Positions 1 through 13,300 of a DNA stretch of 64,000 nucleotides are shown one piece after another; position 1 is the stretch's first letter; each line of letters opens with the position of its first letter. The stretch is from Eledone cirrhosa (taxonomy: Eukaryota), in assembly GCA_964016885.1 (NCBI GenBank), contig OZ024741.1:266724001-266788000 (forward strand). Direction: 5' to 3'. Below the pieces are notes generated by a model. The model was not told the origin of the DNA. It did not search any database and saw nothing but the letters and a program-made list of their open reading frames with translations. Made by a program: the position numbers and the translations under genes.

Positions 1-137
1 AGAAATAGCCGTCGAAACGGCTTGAGCTCTGCCGTCGGGGTCATACATTTTCCTATTACCCACTCTACCACCCTAAGTATTGAGTACTCTGCTCTGATGC
101 GTTATGGTTCATCTGGTTCCTTACCACAACTCCTTCG

Positions 138-138
<1 letters not shown>
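1..138 (+). mobile_element. 3' part of a short PLE-associated repeat (family H1) with the 3' half of a putative hammerhead
   Basis: gtc-GAAAC-ggc-ttgagctct-gcc-GTC|ggggtcatac gives helix III plus a GUC site at 34-36. The same sequence recurs at 34243-34340 (-), 50600-50765 (-) and 51830-52004 (+). It ends ttcgt then (TA)n. The CUGANGA core would lie upstream of the window. Confidence 0.7.
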
Positions 139-233
<95 letters not shown>

Positions 234-235
<2 letters not shown>

Positions 236-527
236 TACATGAATCAAAGTTCAGTTTAAATCATTTATTTGCTTACAATTGTTTCCTCCAAACCGAGGTT
301 TGGATTCTTCGGAGCAACTATTTAGTGATTTTTCACATACTTGACCTCCTTATCAACACAAGAGACATGCAAAAACATATGTATGTTTTTGCATGTCTCT
401 TGTGTTGATAAGGAGGTCAAGTATGTGAAAAATCACTAAATAGTTGCTCCGAAGAATCCAAACCTCGGTTTGGAGGAAACAATTGTAAGCAAATAAATGA
501 TTTAAACTGAACTTTGATTCATGTAAT
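234..527. repeat. Near-perfect fold-back palindrome of a hammerhead-bearing element
   Basis: 234-380 is the reverse complement of 381-527; flanked on the left by (TA)n. Confidence 0.95.
444..492 (+). ncRNA. Minimal type I hammerhead ribozyme, CCGAAGA core variant (mirror copy 269-317 on -)
   Basis: ttgct CCGAAGA a tccaaacc-tc-ggtttgga g GAAAC aatt GTA agcaa: helices I and II and a palindromic helix III all pair. Confidence 0.75.
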
Positions 528-815
528 CTCTATATAACTGCTCTGTAGAACAACTGATGTTATTACATTGAGCTATTTATCTTACTGGTAATAAGATAGT
601 AATGAATTACTGTCTCTCACTATTTAGAGTTTAAATATATATAACCATAAAAGGTTTTATTATATACGTAACCATAAATAGTATCCTTAATACTATATAT
701 ATATTTATATATATATATGTATATATATGTATATATATATATGTATATATATATATATGAGATATATATGAGATATATATGTATATATGTATATATAAAT
801 ATATATAAATATATA

Positions 816-877
<62 letters not shown>

Positions 878-1262
878 ATATGTATGTATATATATGTATG
901 TGTGTTTGTGAGTCAGTGTACATAGAGGGATTACAGAATTAATCCTATGACATACGGTCTCATTTCATGGAGACAATAATAAAAGTAAAAGAAAGCAGTA
1001 AGGATGTAGAAGTTATCCATGTTTCCACTTAATACAGGATATAATAAGTAGGTAATCGTGAGGCAGGTGACGGGAGCAGATCTGTTGCTTGGTATCTCTG
1101 TCATTCAGCTGTAGAGGATGGGTGGGCGTATAGATGTATTACTGTGGATATTGCTAGATGAAGTTATATATACATACATATGTGTGTGTGTGTGTGTGTG
1201 TGTGTGTTAGTATGTGTATGTATATGTGTGTATATATATATATGTGTGTGTGTATGTGTGTG

Positions 1263-1313
<51 letters not shown>

Positions 1314-1366
1314 GTATGTGTATGTATATGTGTGTATATATATATATGTGTGTGTGTATGTGTGTG

Positions 1367-1407
<41 letters not shown>

Positions 1408-1481
1408 TATGTAAATATAAATATATATATATATGTATCTATGTATGCATATGTGTATACTCATATAAGTATATGTGTGTG

Positions 1482-1525
<44 letters not shown>

Positions 1526-1551
1526 GTATAAAAATCAATACAATATAATGA

Positions 1552-1621
1552 CCTCATTACCAGAGGTTTCCCGAATGAGGCGAATACGAAATAAACGACT
1601 TCATTCGTTCGTCAGACGAGG
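1552..1621 (-). ncRNA. Type I hammerhead ribozyme
   Basis: Minus strand: cctcgt CTGACGA a cgaatga...tcattcg g GAAAC ctctg GTA atgagg. Confidence 0.8.
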
Positions 1622-1697
1622 CAATAAATTTTGCTCTGATACTTACATAGAGCACTCTTCATTTCTATGACCTTTTCTGTTTCCAACGGAAATTTCA

Positions 1698-1789
<92 letters not shown>

Positions 1790-2003
1790 ATAATAATAAA
1801 TTTGAAGACTAAAATCCAAAGAGGGCTCGATAAGGATAAATATATATCAAATATATAAGAACCGTAGAGCAAAGTTATTTTAATAAATATATATATATAT
1901 ATACAGAAATATCTCAAGTAAATCAATTGCACCTATACATAAGCACAAACTCATCACAACATCACAACCACAAGCGCATACAAACGCGCAGCAGCAAAAC
2001 CCC

Positions 2004-2498
2004 ATGGGGCATATATCACAACCCACTTATAACAGGGTACTAAATAGGAATGTAAAAGCTGCACAAAATAGCGCCTCAAACTGCAACTGTCACCTCCCAA
2101 ATAGGTGCCCATTGGCGAACAGATGTCTCGATTCGAGCCTGGTGTACATGTGCACTGTCATCTCGGGTAACTCCACCTGGAATTACATAGGATCCACCGC
2201 GGGTTCTTTTAAGAAAAGATGATATGTGCACAGGCACTCAATGAAAAATCGAGCACTTATGGGTTCCACCACCCTCGCCAGAAAAATATGGGAATTGAAG
2301 GACAGCAACGCTAGCTACACTATCAACTGGTCGAAGTTGTCGGCTGCTAAAACCTATAGTACAGGGATGTCCTATTGCGGGCTGTGTGATCTTGAGCTAT
2401 TGTATATCCTTAGAAATGTTAAAAGGCTACTTAATAATAAGTTAGAAAGATCTATCTTCTGCAGACATAGAATAGCCACTAAATTCATAAGATTCTAA
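2004..2498 (+). pseudogene. Penelope-like retroelement GIY-YIG endonuclease remnant
   Basis: CNC..CPL..C..LVY..YIGST..FKKR*Y.H..S..T.LA..IWELK..I.W..Y..CGLC..E..CRH. ORFs 2004-2222 and 2226-2498 are in frame and separated by one TGA. Confidence 0.85.
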
Positions 2499-2835
2499 CC
2501 TCCGTGAATCGAACCAACTTAACATAGCTTTAAATTAGGATACCTACTACCCACAGAAATATATTCATTAAGTATACTATTTCCTTCATAAGTCTATACC
2601 ACACAATAGCCTGTAAATACCTCATCTACCAACAATCTTACTCCTTCTCAGCTGCTGCAATCATTTGATCCTAGATCCTAGTTTTTCTCATTTCACTACT
2701 ACGATGTTACTTTACCTTCTTTTTGCCATAACTACAATTAGCACGCTTTTCTCTTTGCATGTATGTATATTTTTGTACGAGTGTATATTGATGTGTATGT
2801 ATGTGTCTATGTACACATATATGTGTATATATATT

Positions 2836-2951
<116 letters not shown>

Positions 2952-3310
2952 CGTAGATATATGCGTATATTAATTCGTTAACCTCTGTATTAACTCTACA
3001 ACTATTGAGCTTTGACAGTGGTCCCACTCATGTATACTGTTGAAGATGAAGAGAAAAATTGTAAAAACTAGCTTATCTTTATAATTTAAAATTGATACAC
3101 ACTACGATACTTTTTGCCTTATGACAGCTGATTTTCACGCCGTAACATTAGATACATTATATACCCCCCACCTAAGTAATGTCAGGGTCTCCTTAAATAG
3201 TTTATTGATAGCATTGTTGTAATAATTGTTGTTGTTATTGTTCTAATTGAATGCCATAACTACTCCATATTTTCTTTTCTTTTCTTGCCTGTGTATTTTC
3301 TTCATTCTCG

Positions 3311-3423
3311 CATGCTCCGAAGATCTGACTGGTTATAATTCTGTATTGGCGATCGAGTGACGCAAAATTAGGCGGATAGCGATCTCTAGACAGACCAGTT
3401 CAGTGAAACAAATGTAAGCTATG
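3311..3423 (+). ncRNA. Type I hammerhead with long helix II insertion, downstream of the GIY-YIG remnant
   Basis: catgct CCGAAGA t ctgactggt..(about 60 nt)..accagttcag t GAAAC aaat GTA agctatg. Confidence 0.65.
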
Positions 3424-3504
3424 TGATTAAAAACTTTTTTGTATAGCAAACCATGTAAACCTTCTTTCCTGATTTATATCTATATATATATATATATATA
3501 TATA

Positions 3505-4344
3505 CTAGCAGCAGTACCCAGCGTTGCCTGAGTAGGTAAAATAATATTTGCTTTGATGAAAAGGTGTTGATCTTAGCGACTGCTTCTCGATGACTCATCT
3601 ATGGCCACACACAGGCCATGCGGGGGAGGGTGGTGATGACCTCTATCACTGAGAAACGCGGGTGACTGACGAAGGGGCATATTGGGGGAGGGAGTTTCGA
3701 ATTTGAACAAAATCGGTTGAAAAAGTGGGAGCTAGAGCCGAAAAGGTGGTATTTTCGATTATTTAAGCGGGTACCACGCGGTTCCTGAACAAAAAATCCA
3801 AAATGTAAAGCCACTTTAAGGCGTGAAATAGTCAGATCTAGCGTAGTGTAGAATTTGAAGAAAGTAGGTTGATTAATGTGGGAGCTAGAGCCGAAAAATT
3901 AGAGTCTCAAAGTGGTATTTTTGAATATTTAAGCGGCTGCCACGCCGTCCCTGAACAACAAATACAAAATATAAAGCCATTACATTATTTGGCTTAGGGC
4001 CTAAGTCGGGGGACAGTTGTGGCTTGGAAGACTATAATCAACAAGAGCGGGCTGAGGACCGAACCTTTGAACGAAATCGGTGGCAAAATGTGGGAGCTAG
4101 AGCCAAAAATCTTATTTTTCGATACCTAAAAAAAGTAACCCCCCCCCCCCCCCCCCCCATCGATTTTTATCTGCAGAATGACCCAGGAATAAAAAAAAAA
4201 CGATACGCTGATATATATAAAACACTCCCCAATGACTAATCTATGAGCCTGTAAAGTTTCATGAAAATCGGTCGTAAGATGTAGACCCCTATAGGTAATA
4301 CAGACACACAGACACACACATACTTAATTTTATATATATACAGA
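3505..4344 (-). mobile_element. Non-autonomous Helitron-like element
   Basis: Minus strand starts TC, carries a (CTGT/GT) microsatellite and ccgattttcatgaaactt, and ends in GC-rich sequence then CTAG|T. Internal duplications of gggagctagagccgaaaa. Confidence 0.6.
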
Positions 4345-4418
4345 TATATATATACAGATATATATATATATATATGCTAGCAGGGAAAGTAGGCATTAAA
4401 ACGACAATGATGATGATG

Positions 4419-4506
<88 letters not shown>

Positions 4507-4583
4507 ATATATATATAAATATATATATAAATATATATATGTATGTATATGAGTGTATATGTGTATATATCTATATACATATG

Positions 4584-5340
4584 GCGACATGACAAAAAGT
4601 ACCCAGTACTTACTGTAAAGTGGTTGTGTAGGTGCCACGGAAAAAAGTACCCAGTCCACACTGTAAAGTGGTTGTGTAGGTGTCACGGAAAAAAGTACCC
4701 AGCCCTCACTGTAAAGTGGTCGTATAAGTGCCACGGCAAAAAGTACCCAGTCCACACTGTAAAGTGGTTGTGTAGGTGCCACGGAAAAAAGTACCCAGTC
4801 CACACTGTAAAGTGGTTGTGTAGGTGTCACGGAAAAAAGTACCCAGCCCTCACTGTAAAGTGGTCGTATAAGTGCCACGGCAAAAAGTACCCAGTCCACA
4901 CTGTAAAGTGGTTGTGTAGGTGCCACGGAAAAAAGTACCCAGTCCACACTGTAAAGTGGTTGTGTAGGTGTCACGGAAAAAAGTACCCAGCCCTCACTGT
5001 AAAGTGGTCGTATAAGTGCCACGGCAAAAAGTACCCAGTCCACACTGTAAAGTGGTTATGTAGGTGCCACGGAAAAAAGTACCCAGTCCACACTGTAAAG
5101 TGGTTGTGTAGGTGTCACGGAAAAAAGTACCCAGCCCTCACTGTAAAGTGGTCGTATAAGTGCCACGGCAAAAAGTACCCAGTCCACACTGTAAAGTGGT
5201 TATGTAGGTGCCACGGAAAAAAGTACCCAGTCCACACTGTAAAGTGGTTGTGTATGTGTCACGGCAAAATGTACCACGTCCACACTGTAAAGTGGTCGTG
5301 TAGGTGTAATGGCAAAAAGCACCCAGTCCACACTGTAAAT
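4584..5340. repeat. 48-bp minisatellite (about 16 units, 3-unit 144-bp higher-order repeat) inside a dispersed repeat
   Basis: Unit cacggaaaaaagtacccagtccacactgtaaagtggttgtgtaggtgt. The flank 5340-5500 matches 7015-7270 and 33225-33400 in reverse. Confidence 0.92.
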
Positions 5341-5543
5341 GAGGTTGGCACTAGGGAGGGAATCCAGCTGTAGAAACCAAGCCAAAATTGGTTCTGTATG
5401 AACAAGATATGGTCACCTGACCTGGCATTGCCCACAACAGGACAACTTGTCTAACCCATGCTAACGTGGAAGAATGGACATTAAACTATGATGATGATGC
5501 TGATGATATGTATGTATATGTGTGTGTATATATATATATATAT

Positions 5544-5646
5544 AATTGTTTCTATTTTTGGCACAAGGCCATCAATTACTCAGTACATTACTGGTACTTT
5601 ATTTTATCGACCCCGTAAGGATGAAAGGCAAAGTTAACCTCGGCGG
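5544..5646 (-). mobile_element. tRNA-derived SINE family A, 3' fragment
   Basis: Matches the gcctttcatccttacggggtcgataaaataaagtaccag core of the full copies at 54766 and 56184. Confidence 0.85.
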
Positions 5647-5778
5647 TATATATAATATGTGTTTGTATGTATTTGTGTATATATATCTGTATGTATATGT
5701 GTATATATATATATGTGTGTGTGTATGTGTGTATTTAAATATGTATGTATATATGTTTAAATGTGTATAAATATATTC

Positions 5779-6381
5779 TGAACGCCTTGCTTCCCTGGGC
5801 ATGGATTCATTGAAACTCCGACGTCTGGCAATGGACTTGGTGAATACCCACAAAGTTTTTAACCATCTCGCCAACTGCAACCCTGAGCGCCTCTTTGATC
5901 TCCATGTGTCTAACACACGTGGACATGCCTACAAGATAAGAAAACAGCACAGCTCCCATGACTTTCGCAGACAATTTTTCACGCTCAGAGTTGCTGAAGC
6001 ATGGAACAAACTGCCTGCGTCAATTGTTAGCTGCCGAGACACTGCATCCTTTAAGACACTCATGCTTCCCGAAATACGCCCAAACTACACCTGATGTCCC
6101 CCTTCCATACACATGCACACATGTGTGTATCATGACTCGTGCACTGTTCATTTTACTGATGTTTGTGCATTGCCCTATGTACTGTACATGCACTTTTTTG
6201 ATGAGTTGTGGTGCACCTGGGCACTGTACACAATATTTCATTATTGTTATTATTATTATATCATGACTCATACACTGTTTATTTTCCTGACATTTGTACA
6301 TTATTCTATGTACTATACATGCACCTTTGATGAGTTGTAGTGCACCTGAGCACTGTACACAATAATTTCATTATTATTATT
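5779..6381 (+). mobile_element. CR1/L2-group LINE 3' end (ORF2 C-terminus and duplicated 3' UTR)
   Basis: ERL..L..DSL.LRR..DL....K...TRGH..KI......R..FF..RV...WN.LP motif to the stop at 6094. The 3' UTR is duplicated (6130-6260, 6260-6381) with (ATT)n tails. Confidence 0.85.
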
Positions 6382-6444
6382 TATATATATATATATATAT
6401 ACACTCACATTTAAACATACATACATACATATTTATATATATAT

Positions 6445-6510
<66 letters not shown>

Positions 6511-6790
6511 AGTGTATGTATATATTTATATTTAATATTTTTCTTAGATACATATTTCACCTGGTGTGGATTAGAAAGATGAGAGATCTACTTAATTAAA
6601 TGACTAAACTTAGTGGACATCTTCTATCATGCTATTATAAATGTAAGCTCTCTGTGTGTATATGTTCTGTACGTGTCCCTGTGATTGCGTGTGCGCACAT
6701 TTCTAGAACACTATTTCTGGTAACTCACACTTCTTAATACCTTCCTAACAATAAAAGACAAAACAGCTGCTATATTTCTAATTGATAGGA

Positions 6791-6828
<38 letters not shown>

Positions 6829-6908
6829 CGTGGAAGATGGACGTTAAACGATGGTGATGATATATATATCCACCCTCCCACCATATATATATATAAAGAT
6901 ATATATAT

Positions 6909-6970
<62 letters not shown>

Positions 6971-7014
6971 ATATATATATCTTTATATATATATATATAT
7001 ATCATCATCATCAT

Positions 7015-7270
7015 CACCAATTTACGTCCGTTCTTCCATTCTAGCATGGGTTAGACGGGTTGTCCTGTTGTGAGCAGTGTCCAGTCGGCTGACCTTGTAT
7101 TTGCTCGTACAGGAACTGATTCTGGCTTGATTTCTACAGCTGGATGCGCTTCCTAACACCAACCTCATTTACAGTGAGTGCTGGGTGCTTTTTTTTCGTG
7201 GCGCCTACACGTCCATTTACAGTGTGAGCTGTGTGCTTTTTTGGCGTGGCACCTCCACAACCACTTTGCA
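7015..7270 (+). mobile_element. Dispersed repeat fragment (catgggttaga...tttctacagctggatg family)
   Basis: Similar to 33225-33540 (+) and 5340-5500 (-). Class not determined. Confidence 0.6.
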
Positions 7271-7375
7271 GTGGGAGGGGGTGGGGGCATATTGTCTATA
7301 TACTTCAGCTTCAGCTTGTTCCCGTGGGAAGTCGGGTCATATATATATATATATATATACAGGAAGAAATGAGGT

Positions 7376-10300
7376 GATCTGGTGATCAGCTCCTTTCTTC
7401 TGCCAGGAGTTGTGACTGACAGATAGTATCAGTAATGGAAAGACCTATGGAAACATGGCTTCTATGGTCAAATCTGGTGATCAGCTCCTTTCTTCTGCCA
7501 GGAGTTGTGACTGACAGATAGTATCAGTAATGGAAAGACGTATGGAAACATAGTTTCTATCGTCAGATCTGGTGATCAGCTCCTTTCTTCTGCCAGGAGT
7601 TGTGACTGACAGATAGTATCAGTAATGGAAAGACCAATTGAAACATAGTTTCTATGGTCAGATCTGGTGATCAGCTCCTTTCTTCTGCCAGGAGTTGTGA
7701 CAGACAGATAGTACCAGTAATGGAAAGACCTATGGAAACATGGCTTCTATGGTCAAATCTGGTATTCAGCTCCTTTCTTCTGCCAGGAGTTGTGACTGAC
7801 AGATAGTATCAGTAATGGAAAGACCTATGGAAACATAGTTTCTATGGTCAGATCTGGTGATAAGCCCCTTTCTTCTGCCAGGAGTTGTGACTGACAGATA
7901 GTATCAGTAATGGAAAGACCTATGGAAACATAGTTTCTATCGTCAGATCTGGTGATCAGCTCCTTTCTTCTGCCAGGAGTTGTGATTGACAGATAGTATC
8001 AGTAATGGAAAGACCTATGGAAACATAGTTTCTATGGTCAGATCTGGTGATCAGCTCCTTTCTTCTGCCAGGAGTTGTGACTGACAGATAGTATCAGTAA
8101 TGGAAAGACCTATGGAAACATAGCTTCTATGGTCAGATCTGGTGATCAGCTCCTTTCTTCTGCCAGGAGTTGTGACAGACAGATAGTATCAGTAATGGAA
8201 AGACCAACGGAAACATAGTTTCTATGGTCAGATCTGGTGATCAGGTCCTTTCTTCTGCCAGGAGTTGTGACTGACAGATAGTATCAGTAATGGAAAGACC
8301 AATTGAAACATAGCTTCTATGGTCAGATCTGGTGATCAGCTCCTTTCTTCTGCCAGGAGTTGTGACTGACAGATAGTATCAGTAATGGAAAGACCTATGG
8401 AAACATAGTTTCTATGGTCAGATCTGGTGATCAGCTCCTTTCTTCTGTCAGGAGTTGTGACTGAGAGATAGTATCAGTAATGGAAAGACCAATTGAAACA
8501 TAGTTTCTATGGTCAGATCTGTTGATCAGCTCCTTTCTTCTGCCAGGGGTTGTGACTGACAGAAAGTATCAGTAATGGAAAGACCAATGGAAACATAGTT
8601 TCTATGGTCAGATCTGGTGATCAGCTCCTTTCTTATGCCAGGAGTTGTGACTGACAGATAGTATCTGTAATGGAAAGACCAATTGAAACATAGTTTCTAT
8701 GGTCAGATCTGGTGATCAGCTCCTTTCTTCTGCCAGGAGTTGTGACTGACAGATAGTATTAGTAATGGAAAGACCAATGGAAACATAGTTTCTATGGTCA
8801 GATCTGGTGATCAGGTCCTTTCTTCTGCCAGGAGTTGTGACTGACATATTGTATCAGTAATGGAAAGACCAATTGAAACATAGCTTCTATGGTCAGATCT
8901 GGTGATCAGCTCCTTTCTTCTGCCAGGAGTTGTGACAGAGAGATAGTATCAGTAATGGAAAGACCTATGGAAACATTGCTTCTATGGTCAGATCTGGTGA
9001 TCAGCTCCTTTCTTCTGCCAGGAGTTGTGACTGACAGATAGTATCAGTAATGGATAAACCAATTGAAACATAGTTTCTATCGTCAGATCTGGTGATCAGC
9101 TCCTTTCTTCTGTCAGGAGTTGTGACTGACAGATAGTATCAGTAATGGAAAGACCTATGGAAACATAGTTTCTATGGTCAGATCTGGTGATCAGTTCCTT
9201 TCTTCTGCCAGGAGTGGTGACTGACAGATAGTATCAGTAATGGAAAGACCAATTGAAACATAGCTTCTATGGTCAGATCTGGTGATCAGATCCTTTCTTC
9301 TGCCAGGAGTTGTGACAGACAGATAGTATCAGTAATGGAAAGACCAATGGAAACATAGTTTCTATGGTCAGATCTGGTGATAAGCTCCTTTCTTCTTTCA
9401 GGAGTTGTGACTGACAGATAGTATCAGTAATGGAAAGACCTATGGAAACATAGCTTCTATCGTCAGATCTGGTAATCAGCTCCTTTCTTCTGCCAGGAGT
9501 TGTGACTGATAGATAGTATCAGTAATGGAAAGACCTATGGAAACATAGTTTCTATGGTCAGATCTGGTGATCAGCTCCTTTCTTCTGCAAGGAGTTGTGA
9601 CTGACAGATAGTATCAGTAATGGAAAGACCAATTGAAACATAGTTTCTATCGTCAGATCTGGTGATCAGCTCCTTTCTTCTGCCAGGAGTTGTGACTGAC
9701 AGATAGTATCAGTAATGGAAAGACCTATGGAAACATAGCTTCTATGGTCAGATCTGGTGATCAGCTCCTTTCTTCTGCCAGGAGTTGTGATGACAGATAG
9801 TATCAGTAATGGAAAGACCAATTGAAACATAGCTTCTATGGTCAGATCTGTTGATCAGCTCCTTTCTTCTGCCAGGAGTTGTGACAGACAGATAGTATCA
9901 GTAATGGAAAGACCAATGGAAACATAGTTTCTATGGTCAGATCTGGTCATCAGGTCCTTTCTTCTGCCAGGAGTTGTGACTGACATATTGTATCCGTAAT
10001 GGAAAGACCAATTGAAACATAGCTTCTATGGTCAGATCTGGTGATCAGCTCCTTTCTTCTGCCAGGAGTTGTGACTGACAGATAGTATCAGTAATGGAAA
10101 GACCTATGGAAACGTAGCTTTTATGGTCAGATCTGGTGATCAGCTCCTTTCTTCTGCCAGGAGTTGTGACAGAGAGATAGTATCAGTAATGGAGAGACCT
10201 ATGGAAACATAGTTTCTATGGTCAGATCTGGTGATCAGCTCCTTTTCTTCTGCCAGGAGTTGTGACTGTAAGATAGTATCATTAATGGAAAGACCTATGG

Positions 10301-13300
10301 AAACATAACTTCTATGGTCAGATCTGGTGATCAGCTCCTTTCTTCCGCCAGGAGTTGTGACTGACAGATAGTATCAGTAATGGAAAGACCAATTGAAACA
10401 TAGCTTCTATGGTCAGATCTGGTGATCAGCTCCTTTCTTCTGCCAGGAGTTGTGACTGACAGATAGTATCAGTAATGGAAAGACCTATGGAAACATAGTT
10501 TCTATGGTCAGATCTGGTGATCAGCTCCTTTCTTCTGTCAGGAGTTGTGACTGAGAGATAGTATCAGTAATGGAAAGACCAATTGAAACATAGTTTCTAT
10601 GGTCAGATCTGTTGATCAGCTCCTTTCTTCTGCCAGGAGTTGTGACTGACAGAAAGTATCAGTAATGGAAAGACCAATGGAAACATAGTTTCTATGGTCA
10701 GATCTGGTGATCAGCTCCTTTCTTATGCCAGGAGTTGTGACTGACAGATAGTATCTGTAATGGAAAGACCAATTGAAACATAGTTTCTATCGTCAGATCT
10801 GGTGATCAGCTCCTTTCTTCTGCCAGGAGTTGTGACTGACAGAAAGTATCAGTAATGGAAAGACCAATGGAAACATAGTTTCTATGGTCAGATCTGGTGA
10901 TCAGCTCCTTTCTTCTGCCAGGAGTTGTGACAGACAGATAGTATCAGTAATGGAAAGACCTATGGAAACATTGCTTCTATGGTCAGATCTGGTGATCAGC
11001 TCCTTTCTTCTGCCAGGAGTTGTGACTGACAGATAGTATCAGTAATGGATAGACCAATTGAAACATAGTTTCTATCGTCAGATCTGGTGATCAGCTCCTT
11101 TCTTCTGTCAGGAGTTGTGACTGACAGATAGTATCAGTAATGGAAAGACCTATGGAAACATAGTTTCTATGGTCAGATCTGGTGATCAGTTCCTTTCTTC
11201 TGCCAGGAGTTGTGACTGACAGATAGTATCAGTAATGGAAAGACCAATTGAAACATAGCTTCTATGGTCAGATCTGGTGATCAGGTCCTTTCTTCTGCCA
11301 GGAGTTGTGACAGACAGATAGTATCAGTAATGGAAAGACCAATGGAAACATAGTTTCTATGGTCAGATCTGGTGATAAGCTCCTTTCTTCTGCCAGGAGT
11401 TGTGACTGACAGATAGTATCAGTAATGGAAAGACCTATGGAAACATAGCTTCTATCGTCAGATCTGGTAATCAGCTCCTTTCTTCTGCCAGGAGTTGTGA
11501 CTGATAGATAGTATCAGTAATGGAAAGACCTATGGAAACATAGTTTCAATGGTCAGATCTGGTGATCAGCTCCTTTCTTCTGCCAGGAGTTGTGACTGAC
11601 AGATAGTATCAGTAATGGAAAGACCAATTGAAACATAGTTTCTATCGTCAGATCTGGTGATCAGCACCTTTCTTCTGCCAGGAGTTGTGACTGATAGATA
11701 GTATCAGTAATGGAAAGACCAATTGAAACATAGCTTCTATGGTCAGATCTGGTGATCAGCTCCTTTCTTCTGCCAGGAGTTGTGACAGACAGATAGTATC
11801 AGTAATGGAAAGACCTATGGAAACATAGTTTCTATGGTCAGATCTGGTCATCAGGTCCTTTCTTCTGCCAGGAGTTGTGACTGACATATTGTATCAGTAA
11901 TGGAAAGACCAATTGAAACATAGCTTCTATGGTCAGATCTGGTGATCAGCTCCTTTCTTCTGCCAGGAGTTGTGACTGACAGATAGTATCAGTAATGGAA
12001 AGACCTATGGAAACATAGCTTCTATGGTCAGATCTGGTGATCAGCTCCTTTCTTCTGCCAGGAGTTGTGACAGAGAGATAGTATCAGTAATGGAGAGACC
12101 TATGGAAACATAGTTTCTATGGTCAGATCTGGTGATCAGCTCCTTTCTTCTGCCAGGAGTTGTGACTGTAAGATAGTATCAGTAATGGAAAGACCTATGG
12201 AAACAGAGCTTCTATGGTCAGATCTGGTGATCAGCTCCTTTCTTCCGCCAGGAGTTGTGAGTGACAGATAGTATCAGTAATGGAAAGACCTATGGAAACA
12301 TAGTTTCTATGGTCAGATCTGGTGATCAGCTCCTTTCTTATGCCAGGAGTTGTGACTGACAGATAGTATCTGTAATGGAAAGACCAATTGAAACATAGTT
12401 TCTATGGTCAGATCTGGTGATCAGCTCCTTTCTTCTGCCAGGAGTTGTGACAGACAGATAGTATCAGTAATGGAAAGACCTATGGAAACATTGCTTCTAT
12501 GGTCAGATCTGGTGATCAGCTCCTTTCTTCTGCCAGGAGTTGTGACTGACAGATAGTATCAGTAATGGATAGACCAATTGAAACATAGTTTCTATGGTCA
12601 GATCTGGTGATCAGCTCCTTTCTTCTGCCAGGAGTTGTGACTGACAGATAGTATCAGTAATGGAAAGACCAATGGAAACATAGTTTCTATGGTCAGATCT
12701 GGTGATCAGGTCCTTTCTTCTGCCAGGAGTTGTGACTGACATATTGTATCACTAATGGAAAGACCAATTGAAACATAGCTTCTATGGTCAGATCTGGTGA
12801 TCAGCTCCTTTCTTCTGCCAGGAGTTGTGACAGACAGATAGTATCAGTAATGGAAAGACCTATGGAAACATTGCTTCTATGGTCAGATCTGGTGATCAGC
12901 TCCTTTCTTCTGCCAGGAGTTGTGACTGACAGATAGTATCAGTAATGGATAGACCTATGGAAACATAGTTTCTATGGTCAGATCTGGTGATCAGTTCCTT
13001 TCTTCTGCCAGGAGTTGTGACTGACAGATAGTATCAGTAATGGAAAGACCAATTGAAACATAGCTTCTATGGTCAGATCTGGTGATCAGGTCCTTTCTTC
13101 TGCCAGGAGTTGTAACTGACATATTGTATCAGTAATGGAAAGACCAATTGAAACATAGTTTCTATGGTCAGATCTGGTGATCAGCTCCTTTCTTCTGCCA
13201 GGAGTTGTGACAGACAACTAGTATCAGTAATGGAAAGACCAATGGAAACATAGTTTCTATGGTCAGATCTGGTGATAAGCTCCTTTCTTCTGTCAGGAGT

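Noticed and set aside
2220-2222. In-frame TGA as selenocysteine (some PLEs encode Sec)
   Set aside because: It aligns with an aromatic residue (R-F in the 34408 copy), so TGG to TGA decay is more likely. No proper SECIS was seen.
4543-5373. Cys/His-rich 16-aa repeat protein (CHGKKYPVHTVKWLCR)
   Set aside because: A 48-bp minisatellite within a dispersed repeat, also open on the opposite strand.
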